NCBI GenBank assembly: GCA_907165135.1
Contig: OU015568.1
Coordinates: forward strand, 2,790,001-2,854,000
DNA from: Oikopleura dioica
Taxonomy: Eukaryota; Animalia; Chordata
Length of the DNA stretch: 64,000 nt
Direction of reading: 5' to 3'
The notes beneath the pieces are model-generated. The model made no database searches, was not told the origin of the DNA, and saw nothing but the letters and a program-made list of their open reading frames with translations. Every line of letters starts with the position of its first letter. Position 1 is the stretch's first letter. The position numbers were made by a program, and so were the translations under genes. Below are positions 10,481 through 21,394 of the stretch, one piece after another.

Positions 10481-12431
10481 ATGACTCGAAAAAGAAACCG
10501 TTTATTATTTTTTCTTGGGATAGCAGTGTCGTTTGCAGCAATTGGGACAATTTTGAGTTCTCCCAAATTCTTTCAGAAAATTTTTTTTCAAGAGGATGAG
10601 TCTTCGGAAAAAGAAACTACAAATAGCCCGAGCTTCACAACAAACTCTTTTGAATCATCAAACACATCCATTTCGACGATCACACATGGTATTTGCAAGT
10701 TTTTTTAAAAAGACAGAGTGATTTTTAGCAAAAACACAAACAACAACGGAGCCTTCTATTTCTACAGATATATTTACCACAGCAAGAACACAGAAAATGA
10801 CGAGTAAGAGCACTTACTTGCGAAGAATATTTCTGCCATAATTCCAATATCTGTCCTAAAGATCGGGGTTCGAAATCGCCTAGGCGAATTCGCCTAAAAA
10901 GCTATGCTAAGCTAGGCTAGGCGAATTCGCCTAGCTGCCTAGCTAGACGAGGATTCTTGAAATTTCGCCTAGCCTAGCATAGCCTAGTCTCATACTGGAG
11001 GCTCCAGTCTGGAGCCTTAGGCGAAGCTAGGCGACAACGCGAAAATGAAAATTTGCCTTGAATTTCGCCTAGGCGAAGAAATAAGGCGAATTTAGGCGAA
11101 GTTTAGGCAGATCTAGGCGAGATCTAGGCAGATTTAGGCGAAATCTAGGCAGCTCCAGGCGAAAATTTGCCTAATTCTCGCTTCTCGCCTTATTTTTGCC
11201 TAATCTCCTAGAAAAATTAAAATGAATCGCGTTTTCGCTTTTTTCGCCTAGATTCGCCTAGCCTAGGTTAGCCAAGAGTCTGTGACAAAAAATTCTCCTA
11301 GCTTTTTGAAAATCCGCTCTGCCTAGCCTAGCGACTTTTTGGCCCGATTTCGAACCCTGCTCAAGATCAATTCCAATCGAAATCCGAAACACGTAAATGC
11401 CCGACTTCATACACTGGAGAAAATTGCGAATGCCCACCAATTTTTGTCTTTCAAAAAGATGAGTCTGGGAATCTCATCGAAGAAGATTACGTCTCTGCAC
11501 ATGAAATTTGCCGCAGCCAAGATGGATACATTGCCTTTTTCATAAATGAACAAGAATACAATAGCTCATAGTTAGAAAAATAATTTTAAAATTTTTGTGA
11601 GTCCGCGTGCGAAAAAAATGCATGCAAGGGTTTTTTTTTTCAAACTAAGCAACAGCTATCTTCAAGTCGAACAAGAAACTCGTCTTCAGTATCTTAAACA
11701 CTGGCCAGCACTAGCGAGGGAATACTTGGGTAGGCTCAAAACTTATGTTTTTTTTCCATTCAGAGTTGCAAATTTGCTGAGCTGAGCTGGCTGACTGCTC
11801 AACTCAGCTCAGTAATTTTGGAAAATGATCTGATCTGCTCAGCTCAGCTCAGACAATTCTCACTCAGCTCAGCTCAGCTCAATTTTTTTCGAACATGATC
11901 TGTTCTGCTTAGCTCAGCTCAGGTCAGACAACTATCATTTAGCTCAGCTCAGCTCGGCTCAATGATTTGAATACAATTATACTACCAAAAAACAGTAAAA
12001 AACAGCTCAGCTCAGCTAAGCTTTGATAAGGGACCGCTCAGCTCAGCTTAACTCAACTCTCTTAAACAAAAGGTCAGCTCAGCTCAGCTCCGCTCAATGA
12101 CCTCTGAAAAAGGCCAGCTCAGTAACCTCGGAAATAGGCCAGCTCAGCTTAGAGAAATTTTCACTAAGGTCAGCTTAGAAAAATTAATCAAAATTTGCAA
12201 CTCTGTTTTCAATCATATTCAGGATATCATTCGTGTGAGCTACCTACTTTTTACACAGATGACGGGAATGAAGCAACCTGGCTCAACTGGGCGCCAAACG
12301 AGCCAAATAACCTTGATGGACTGGAATATTGTGTCACCATGACAGAAGCGGATCTTTTCAACGACTACTTTTGTCATTTCAAAATTAGATTCGCCTGCCG
12401 ATTGCCTCAAAAATGCAAAAACGAGGACTAA
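10481..12431 (+). CDS. Type II membrane C-type lectin with Ser/Thr stalk and partial EGF
   Basis: N-terminal TM (RLLFFLGIAVSFAAIGTIL), Thr/Ser-rich stalk, CPTSYTGENCEC, AHEICRSQDGYIAF, then WLNWAPNEPNNLDGLEYCVTM..FNDYFC..FAC (CTLD with EPN motif). All exons join in frame through GT-AG introns at 10689, 10804, about 11570 and 11730. Confidence 0.85.
10864..11359. mobile_element. hAT-like MITE with cgcctaggcg arrays
   Basis: TIRs c(g/a)gggttcgaaatcg / cgatttcgaaccctg. 8-bp TSD ctaaagat (10856-10863) vs ctcaagat (11360-11367). The interior is filled with the palindromic motif cgcctaggcg and variants. Confidence 0.85.
11761..12205. mobile_element. hAT-like MITE with (gctca)n arrays, intronic
   Basis: Perfect TIR cagagttgcaaattt / aaatttgcaactctg. 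The flanks tttccatt / ttttcaat are an imperfect 8-bp TSD. The interior is mostly gctcagctca repeats. It lies in the lectin intron 11730-12222. Confidence 0.85.
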
Positions 12432-12538
12432 AAATTGTCATTATCATTTGTTTATTTACAGTTGAATATTATGCTTGCATCATGTACAAAAAAGAAAACG
12501 AACAGTGCGCGAAAAAAAATGTGCTTTGAGCAGATGAA

Positions 12539-13516
12539 TTACAGTCGTGGTTGATCGTAAACTTTGCTCCTGTCGATGGATGTGTTGAATCCGTGGCCTG
12601 CGTAGATGTGTCCGTCCAAGTTTGACATGATCTGGTGCATTGGGAGTGAGAAGAGCGGGACCTGAGATTGTTGGTAAGGAAAAGTGGAGAAAGATTTTGG
12701 ACTTACAATTCCGTGATGATGTCGGTTAGCAAGAGCTCGCTGCATCGGGTAGGCGCCGTAAGAGTTGTTCGAGGTTCTGTAGAGCGGGTGCTGGTACGGG
12801 GTGAACTCGGTGGCGTATGGGCACGAGCCCTCGGGGCAAGATGCTCGGAGCCGCTCGGTTCTTCGGGCGAGCCAAATGTAGTGAGACTAGAAAATCATGT
12901 TTAAAATTTTTCCGAGATGAAAAATCTCTAGAACGCAATTTATTTTGATTCCTACCTGATGCATGCAAGGCATGGCGCAATCGTTATTCGTGAAGAAATC
13001 AGGATCAGATGCATCACTGTCGTTGATTTCGGAGCCGGCTTCCGATGAGTCGGTGTGAATATCGTCGCAGTTTTCCTCGTCGGAGCTCACGTCTTCCAGG
13101 ACGGGCTCGTTTTCACCGCAATCGGTGACTCGTGGAAGCGTCGTCTCGCTCGTCGCTTTTTCTAGAGCTTGATTTGTTTGCTAAAAAGATTTTTTAGATG
13201 GAGGATTTTTTCAAGCCGAAAGAATCATTTCTTTCATTCAGCGTTCAAAAGCCGCATGCGGCTTTTACAAAAACTTTAACAGAAATCTAGTGATTTGACT
13301 CAAAAAGTGAGAAAACGGCTTTTTCTTTAGGAAAATTTCTCAAGATCAATTTAAATCTTTATATCAGTCAACATCTCAAAAAACAAGTATAAATACCTCT
13401 AAAAGACCCTCAAGTCTCTGCTTCTCCGTGACAAGGACTCTGATGTACTCGTGGATGAGATCTGGCTTCTTTCGTGCAATGAAGAGCTTGTCGTATGCTG
13501 AGCTGAAGTTCGACAT
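12539..13516 (-). CDS. PIERCE/DUF4490-like ciliary microtubule inner protein with acidic N-terminal extension
   Basis: Four exons join in frame. The C-terminus QHPLYRTSNNSYGAYP...GHGFNTSIDRSKV matches the YRTSNxxYG and NTxxDxS motifs I recall from PIERCE1/2. Confidence 0.6.
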
Positions 13517-13824
13517 CGGGAAAAATGAACTTTCTTCGTTAAAACTTTCTTTGAAACAAACGAACTGGGGCTGCGAGGGTGTCGCGAAAATGGGAAAAAC
13601 GCCTTTTTTGTGGAAGCGCAAAAAACTAACTGACGAAAAATGGGAAAAATCGAAAACAACGAGGTGCGCTCTAGAGATTCTAGAGCTTTTCTCCGATTTT
13701 TGAAAATTTCAAAAACAACTCTTTCTTGATTTCAACAACAACTCGATAATTCAGATTCAGGTTCAGCTTTTTATTGCGAATATGAGGTGATAAGTTACAG
13801 AAAATATATTTTTAAATACAGTGA

Positions 13825-15250
13825 TCAGTTTTCGTAAAAATTCTTCCAACCTGGCCATTGTTTTTTGAAGATTTTTTTGCTCAAACTTAGTTCTGGCATG
13901 ATCATATGCTGACAGAGGACGCTCTTTTTGCCCGTTTCGGACAGCTGAAGTACATTTAAACCAAAATTATGATTGAGATTAACCTCAAAAGCTTTGAGTT
14001 TAATTCCTCCGCCAGGGTTATATTGGCAGCTTCTATCATTTGGCGGGCAGACTTTTTCTCCAGCAAGGCAGAATCGTTTGATTTCCTCGAGTTTTGTTTC
14101 AAGAATTTTCATGTCTTCATCAAAATTCGGGTAGGATTCGACTTTATCCCAAAAAGAACTGTTGAAATGATCGTAAATTGCATTGTCGAACGAGTTCCAC
14201 TCTCGCATTTTTTGCGCTAGAATTCGAAATTAGCCTCTTTTACTTCCTCTAAGTTTCTTGGCTTACCTAAATCATCAGAGATCGGTTTCTTCTCCGATCT
14301 CTCATTTGTCACGAAAAAGAGGACATCCTCCCACTCCCAACAGAGCTCGTTCCTCAGCAATATCATGCTCTCCTTGAAATAGTCCGACAAAACAACAAGA
14401 TCCAGTGTCTTATCAAGGTATTCAATGCTTTCGTGAATCTTCTCAAGTTTCGTCCACTCAAGACCAAGGTCAAAAGCGAGATGATTTCGGGCAAAGACGT
14501 CGTTTCCATGCGGTCCAACGGGGTTCTGGTGGTTGTAAAAGGCATCAGGGTTGGCGTAGAAAGTTTCGATATTTCCTGCTTTTCTGTAAGGGGCGGAAGT
14601 ATCTTTCATGTACCTGGAATAGATATAAAAGGGAAATGAAAAATATAGCTCACCCAAAAGAACTTTCATAGAGCGAAGGGATGTCCCTTAAAATCGTGAT
14701 TCTCTTAGCACCCGGAAACGTATCGTAAAGCTCGTTCGATGCGCGCAAATGATTCGCAATTATTACCGGCTTCTCTCCATCAGGAAACTCCTTCAACATC
14801 CATTCTCCAAACGGCTGAGGATAATAAAATCTATTGCCGCTGTTTTTCGGAAGAGCGATTTTCAAATCGTGTTTCAGACTGAAAATGGTCATGAAGAAAA
14901 AGGATTGACATCGTAATTAACCCGTATCGAAGGAAGATATTTTGAAGAGTTGAAGAGGCAGTTTTGTGAGTTTTAACAAAAACCACACTATTTGTTGGAC
15001 TGCATTGTCCTTTTTCATCTTCTTTTTCTTGATTTTCTTCAATGAAAATTCTCTCTTGAGTTTCTTCAATCAGCTGTCGCTCCTCGTAGACCTCTTTGCA
15101 TTCGGAAAAAGACCTAAAAATAGAAGCAACAAGCATTAGTCATTTAATTAACTGGATGTTGTAGATCGAGCCCAAGATCATCAAAAGCGAAGCGACGAGA
15201 AAAAACAGCGTTCGATTTGTTATTTCATCTTTTTTGAATTTTATTCCCAT
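13825..15250 (-). CDS. GAL3ST: Galactose-3-O-sulfotransferase family
   Basis: Type II TM start MGIKFKKDEITNRTLFFLVASLLMILGSIY, then VVFVKTHKTASSTLQNIFLRYG (PAPS-binding loop), ITILRD..YESSF, RNHLAFDLG, SMILLRNELCWEWEDV and WNSFDNAIYDHFN. Confidence 0.92.
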
Positions 15251-16048
15251 TCTTCACTGAATATTTACGCTTGTTTATTTTGAATGTTCTCTTTTTCTAT
15301 GAAACGATGTTCTTTGGAAGACATTTTGATGGAGTGGAATTCACCACTTGTTCAAATGAATAATTCTTAGCTTCATGACAAGTAAAAAGTAGTTATTTTC
15401 GAAGACTAGTAATTTTTTTGAAAGAGCCACGTGTTTAATTTTTTCTCGAAGACAACGCTTCTTTATCATTATAAACATATTACAAATTTCAAGATCTTTT
15501 TTTAACAAGTTGTTTTGACGCTCAAGAAAAAAAAGCTCAGAAAATTAAACCAACCAAAACTCATCTATAAATAGAATCTAACAATAATCTCCTCAAATCA
15601 CCTTCTTAGTGGGCTTTTCTCTGTTTTCTTTCCACCGAAAGTCACGAATTTAAATTTTTTATTGATAGCATCGCCGCCATCGCCTGTAGCCGATTTTTTT
15701 CGCAACTATTTTGAAATTTTTCGAACGTCGAACTCCTCTTCTTATTTTTGACAATGCAGCGGACTCATTTAATTGAAAAAACAACGAAACAAAAGATTCT
15801 GTATAAGGGGAGAAATTGCTTGTCTCTTATTATTTTACTCCTTAAATCTCCGCGGGAAATTTTATTCTAGAGGATTTTTATACAATGAGGCTTTGAAAAG
15901 CCAACCCTACGGGCAGCGCAATCAATATTCACCTTGAACCTGTGAAATCGATCTGAAGGATGACTCTTTGGTCATTTAGACTAAAAAAGCGATGGTTCAA
16001 GTTTTGACCCCCAAATGCATATTTCGCAAATAACTTTGCAGTTTTTAA

Positions 16049-16084
16049 CAGGGCTAAAATGAGATGAGAAAATATCCAGCCCTG
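16049..16084. mobile_element. 36-bp hAT-type micro-element
   Basis: cagggctaaaatgagatgagaaaatatccagccctg is flanked by a perfect 8-bp TSD gtttttaa (16041-16048 and 16085-16092). Its right 16 nt equal the TIR of the MITE at 24209-24700. Confidence 0.8.
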
Positions 16085-16359
16085 GTTTTTAATCATAAAT
16101 TTTAACGCTAAATGAGTTTCTTAATAAAACGTCAGACTTATTTTATAATCTCAAAAATGCTCAACAGGAAATTAACATCGTTAGAAATTGAGTTTTCTAA
16201 TATTAACAAACCATAAAAGAGCAGCGGTGTTTTTGGTACGCTTGATGATGGCGCCAATGAGCCGTTCTTTATGAGAACTCTTAAATTTACGAAAGGTTGA
16301 CCTTCATTCAGCCACTTGAGAAATTTCCCTAGAGAATATCTTAGGAGAAACTAACGATA

Positions 16360-18460
16360 ATGAAACTTGGATTTAGCCTTCTCGGATTGACAACTGCTTC
16401 GCATTTCAGAGGTGGAGGTCTTCAGGTAAAACATTTAATCGGCAACTGTCTATATTTTTTGAATTTATTATTACCTTAAATAAAAGGAGGTCTTATTTAA
16501 GGGAAAGACAAATATTGAATTTGATTTCCTTCTTCTTTGAAATAACCTTATTTTTTCTAGTACCGCACCACCAATGACCCGACAAAGCTCGAAGTAACCC
16601 GTTACATGGGATGGAGCTATTTCAGCGGCGGCTACAGCGGCGGCTGCACTCAAGAGCACATCGACAACCAAACTCCATCGACACAAGGAAGCGAAACAAT
16701 CACCGGCATCGGCTCCGTCCCGGCAACATACATTGTCTCCAACATCGAAAACTCACCAACAGTCGATTCCAGCAGCCACTTCTGCTTCGGAAGCTACACT
16801 TTCGAGATCGACGTCAGCTCGATTACTAGCTTCGATCATACCTACACCGGGTGCTGTACAATTGGCTTTCAGCAAGATGATGGAAGCACCAAGTCAGGTA
16901 ACCCAGAAACGCGGTTTTAGAAGCTCTTCCGAAAAGACCTAAAGAAGCCCTCGGGCTTATAAGCTTTATTTTGCTTATCTTGGACCGCACGTCAAAAGTG
17001 CCTTGGAAATATGCGATTAAGACGTCGCTTCTGACTACGGGAGATTTTCTCCATTTTTAACCGATCTTTTTCTAAAAAAAATTTCTCAACATCAATTTTC
17101 AGGTAATTATGGCTACACTGCTCGAGTCAACGATGTAACAAACAGTTCTCCCCAATTCGCCTCTCCACCAGCAACCTATTTGATGAAAGGATGCGGCGGT
17201 CAAGAATACGCCGTCGCTCCGGTCGACCCTGAAGGTGATACTATTCGATGCAGATGGTCCAGCGAGTCAGAAGCGTACAAAATGGCTCATGACTCCGGTC
17301 TTTCGCAGTTTTCGCTGAATGAAGAGACTTGCGTTGTGACCTATCATCCTGAAAATGATCAGGCTACGACGGGAGGATCGAAGGCGATTGCGGTTCAAGT
17401 TGAGGATTTTGATGCTGACGGAAATCTACTGTAAGTCAAAAAACAAGATCTTTCTTCTAGAAAATTCTTTTTCAGCCATTCCGTTCCACTTGGATTTATC
17501 GCAGTTGTCTCCGAGCCGCAGCTCCCAAGCAGCTCTAGAACTTCTCCCTTTTTCCCTGGACTTCTCTACGCAGGGCTCATTGATGGCGACGACGATCATG
17601 TCGATTTCCCCCTCTCTCGACGCCGACGATCCGCAGAACCAGCCTATTGCGCGGGAAGACCCTCCTTTGTCGGTTCTTCTCCTGCTCAGGCCGAGGAAAA
17701 GATCGAGAGCTACGCTGCTGGAATGACGATTCAAATTGATTGGCAAGCTGAGTATCAGATTGAAGGAGCTACCTACACTGATATCCCCCGCTATCAATTC
17801 GCCAGTCCTGCTGGAATGAGCTGCAGTGCTTTTGATGCGAATGGCGCAGCAACTTGCACTTGGAGCCCAACCGAAAGTCAAGTTGGCGACCATCCTCACT
17901 GCGTTGTCGTCTACGATCCTTATGGTCGATCTTCTGAGCGTCGATGCGTGACAATTAGGCTATTGGAAGCATGCGCGGATGGACTCGAAAGAGTGGGAAA
18001 ATACTGTCTTCCTCCTTGCGCAGCTGGTTGGGAAAGGGATGCAAGCATCAATTGCGTTGATGTGGACGAGTGTGCCACCGGAGTTGCTACTTGCGCGGCG
18101 ACGATTGAAACTTGCGCGAATAACAATGGCGGTTTTACTTGCCCTTGTTCCGCCGGATACGAGCGCAACCCACTTGGAATCTGCGAAGACATCGACGAAT
18201 GCGCTAGAAATACGGACAACTGCGCCAACACCGTCGAGACTTGCGCCAACTCTGTCGGCTCGTTCACCTGTCCATGCGCCTCCGGCTTTGAGCGAAACTC
18301 AGCTGGAGACTGCGTAGACGTCAACGAGTGTTCTAGAAGAGCTCATAGTTGCGCCAAGTTCACGGAAACATGCGTGAACAAATTTGGCTCGTTCACTTGC
18401 GAGAAATCGAAAGGATATAAGTTTCTGATGCTTCAGCAAGCGATGATGTTTGGATTCTGA
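16360..18460 (+). CDS. Secreted SHFRGG-motif protein with calcium-binding EGF repeats
   Basis: MKLGFSLLGLTTASHFRGG..; SPQFASPP..GC..VDPEGDTIRCRW; a furin-like RRRRS; three DVDEC/DIDEC/DVNEC..C.N..GSFTC EGF_CA repeats. Exons are joined by GT-AG introns. Confidence 0.85.
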
Positions 18461-18739
18461 AAATTATAATCTATTTCTGTCGCGACTCAAAAACTATCTC
18501 AATAAAATCGAAGAAAAACAAAATTGATCATGTCAAATTTGCATAAAATTATCGAACTTGAAAATGCCGCATCTGCATGATCGTGTGGTTAGCCAATCGC
18601 GGTTTCGACTCCTCCCCTTCCATTGAGTTTCACGATAATTTATCGTCGATTAATAACTAACGAGCTGCTGCCATTTTCAATAGGTTTTTTTAAGTGAGCA
18701 GTTCTCAAAAGGAAAAATTTTGCCTTTTTGAAATTTTAA

Positions 18740-19059
18740 ATGAGATTATTCAGCATTTTTATCCTCTTTACTTTTTGCCACGGCTTTTCTGTTTATTTTC
18801 TCAACAGAGTTTACAATGAGTGCGTTCAATGTAGAGGAGAACCTAATCTTATTGAGTTAAAGTAATTTAATTAAGCTGTATTCTCAAAACACGTCGCGGT
18901 AAACGAAGAAATCGACTTCCGGAAAATCTTGAACGATTGTGACGCTATGCTCTTTAACTTTTTTCTTCCTGAAAATTTGCGAGAGGGAGAACTTGTGGAT
19001 TTTTCAACCGATGGCTCGAATAATAATTTTACGGATCTTCTCCCGGAAAAATTGTACAC
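18740..19059 (+). pseudogene. Secreted protein gene X, 3' end interrupted by insertions
   Basis: MRLFSIFILFTFCHGFSVYFLNRVYNECVQC.. plus an exon ..NDCDAMLFNFFLPENLREGELVDF..PEKLYT. Similarity to its paralog at 28572-28740 stops abruptly at 19059, where TE sequence begins. Confidence 0.5.
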
Positions 19060-19420
19060 TAGGGTCGGGCATTTTCACGTGATGACCGCTGGACACGCTC
19101 AATTTTTTTTGGGTGATAGCCTGGGGGGTACTGATCACAAAAAACATAGCGGCCCTCGCTTAACCCATCAACACCTTTACCATTTACCTTTACCTTTACC
19201 GTTACAATTTTGTAACGCCGTTACAAAAACTCAGATTTTTTTCGCAATAAAAATTATTTTTCATTCCGTAATTCTTATTATTTTGGATATAATAAGCAAT
19301 AAGGCATACCAAAAAGTAGTTTCCTTCAACTCAAGCGCGAAGCGCACACTCGTTCATTGATTTTGATTTTGAATTTTTGTAACGCCGTTACAATTTTGTA
19401 CTTGTAACGTAGCCGCCCTA
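19060..19420. mobile_element. Degenerate TAGGG-ended MITE with gtaacgccgttac motifs
   Basis: Starts tagggtcggg and ends tagccgcccta. The palindrome-like gtaacgccgttac occurs near 19212 and 19379. No convincing TSD. Confidence 0.45.
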
Positions 19421-20074
19421 CACCCCGCTTACTTCCTTGATTTTATAATTTAATAAAAAAAGGCTTTTGATTGTAATTGACAAAGGCTTGGAACACCGAG
19501 TTGATCAATCTCAGTTCTGTCCCCTACCCTACTGATATAGGCTATCATATAGTATTCTAAGTTTTCTGAGTAAAATGTATTGGGAGGAAATCTGCTTTCT
19601 GAATTACAAGGTAAGCATAAACTTGGGAGAAGATCTCCCTTCTGAATTATAAAATAAATTTGATTTTGTTAATAAAGAATTATATCAACAATTCGCACAA
19701 GGCTCCTCCAGCTGCAGACTTTTGAGGACACCGAAATTAGTCGAACAATGACAAGAAGAAGATTGACAAGAAAGGGAAAAAGCAGGAATAACAAGCTGCG
19801 GATGGCCCTTCAATAAAAAAAATTAGGGAGAAGACCTCCCTAAGAAAGCTTATCTTCGGCTAAAAGTCTAAGCTTATCATTCAAATCCAGCACAAAAAGA
19901 GTTGCAAACAAAAGTTGAATTGTATTTTTCCCTATATAATATAGGCTATATTTGTTACTTTATACTTATAAAGAAAATTAACAAATGAATTGACAAAGTC
20001 TTTTTTGACTTTATATTAAAATTCACGCCCTCAATTACCCAATCCGCTTTATTGAAACCAAACTTTTTGAATTT

Positions 20075-20309
20075 TGTGAGGTCTTAGTGCTGAAAGTCGG
20101 TTAGAGATCTGATTAGGATCTCGCGCCGCGCTCTTCCCTGCCATTTTTACGAACACTGCTTCAGTCCACGCACAGTAAAAGTGCGGAATACACGCTTTTA
20201 TCGGAAACTCCCGTTTCGTGTTTTATTGAAGATATAGCAGAGGCTACGACTAGCTGATAAAGAGAACCGTCTAGTATAGAGAGCATACAGCAGTACTTAG
20301 ACGCTTACA
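20075..20309 (+). repeat. 5' LTR
   Basis: tgtgaggtcttagtgctg...gacgcttaca; direct repeat of 23283-23517. Confidence 0.95.
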
Positions 20310-20854
20310 TCTGGTGACAATCGCTAAGCTTCTTTCTTCACTGGACTCATCCGAACCCACGTTCGCCCTCATCACCGGCACTTCCCGCTGCGAAGCTAGA
20401 AGTGTTATTTACTTGGTTTGACCACTCGCCAAGTCGATCGAGCGATCTTCCGCCGTTCCCGTGTTGATAAACCGCTGGAGCTCGTGAATCAAGTCGCGTC
20501 CGCGCGCCGCACAGTAACCCTTCTGTGCGCACAAACGAGGTCAGTCAAAGTTGTGAAAACTGTAACTGCCGCATTTTATCGCCCTGAACACCGTGGAACT
20601 CGTCTCCGACCGCGCCTGAATCGCTCATTTCGCCGCCGGCTGCCTGGAACACACACTTCACGTGAAAAAGTCGCCACGTGCGCCGCTCAAGGAAATTTCC
20701 AGTTACTTGAGCGCTTTGTAAAGGTACAATATCTTGTTGTGAACCTCTTACCGCCAATTCCGTTATGCCGCGCCGCAGATTTTGATCAGTTCCGCCAACG
20801 AAACCCCGTGAACTTCGCCGATCCCAATCTCCAACGACAGTTTGGCCCGCCAAA

Positions 20855-21394
20855 ATGTCCCCTGTCGGCGCCTGCTACGCGCTCGACATCCCCGCCGACC
20901 GAATCGATTCATGCTTCTGCATCCTCACGCTAAATGCGTTTAGGGATGAGGTCTTGGACCACGTGTTTGCTCTCGCCGTCAACCCTGCGCTACTCAAAGC
21001 CGCCTTAGAAGCGATCAAAACTCGCCTAAAGCTAATAAATGCCCGATGTAAGGCTTTATTGGAGTTCGAACATTCACCTGGAGCCTCTCGCACTGATCCA
21101 ATCGAGACCCAGAGTTCTGACGACTCAGCTGACGTCCATGACTCCGCTATTGGCACCGATTCCGCTTCTCCCGTTGATAACGACCAAGCTTTTTCGGATC
21201 GAGAGTTAGATCGGCGCAACTCTAACTCCACTTCCCCGCGCAACTCACCTTCTCGAAACCTTCCAGACCTGACTTCACAGTCACTCTCGCCGAACATTCT
21301 TCAACCGTCAAAAACGGCATGTTCGACACTGGCGCCGACGATGTTATCTTGCCTAAATGGCTGCCAAAATGGCACATCCCTGACGAACTTTTGA
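20855..21394 (+). CDS. ORF1 (gag-position, probably truncated) of the LTR element
   Basis: 179-aa ORF upstream of and overlapping pol, which is in the -1 frame. A helical N-terminus is followed by a Ser/Asp-rich tail. No zinc knuckle is visible. Confidence 0.5.
   Translation: MSPVGACYALDIPADRIDSCFCILTLNAFRDEVLDHVFALAVNPALLKAALEAIKTRLKLINARCKALLEFEHSPGASRTDPIETQSSDDSADVHDSAIGTDSASPVDNDQAFSDRELDRRNSNSTSPRNSPSRNLPDLTSQSLSPNILQPSKTACSTLAPTMLSCLNGCQNGTSLTNF

Noticed and set aside
10865-11365. MITE acting as a clean GG-AG introner that restores a full EGF domain
   Set aside because: The upstream exon is out of frame with the EGF piece and Cys4 is lost, so the canonical gtaag donor at 10804 is the better explanation.
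21226-21330. Programmed -1 frameshift site between ORF1 and pol
   Set aside because: The frames overlap in -1 but no canonical X XXY YYZ heptamer was found; the overlap may result from a deletion.
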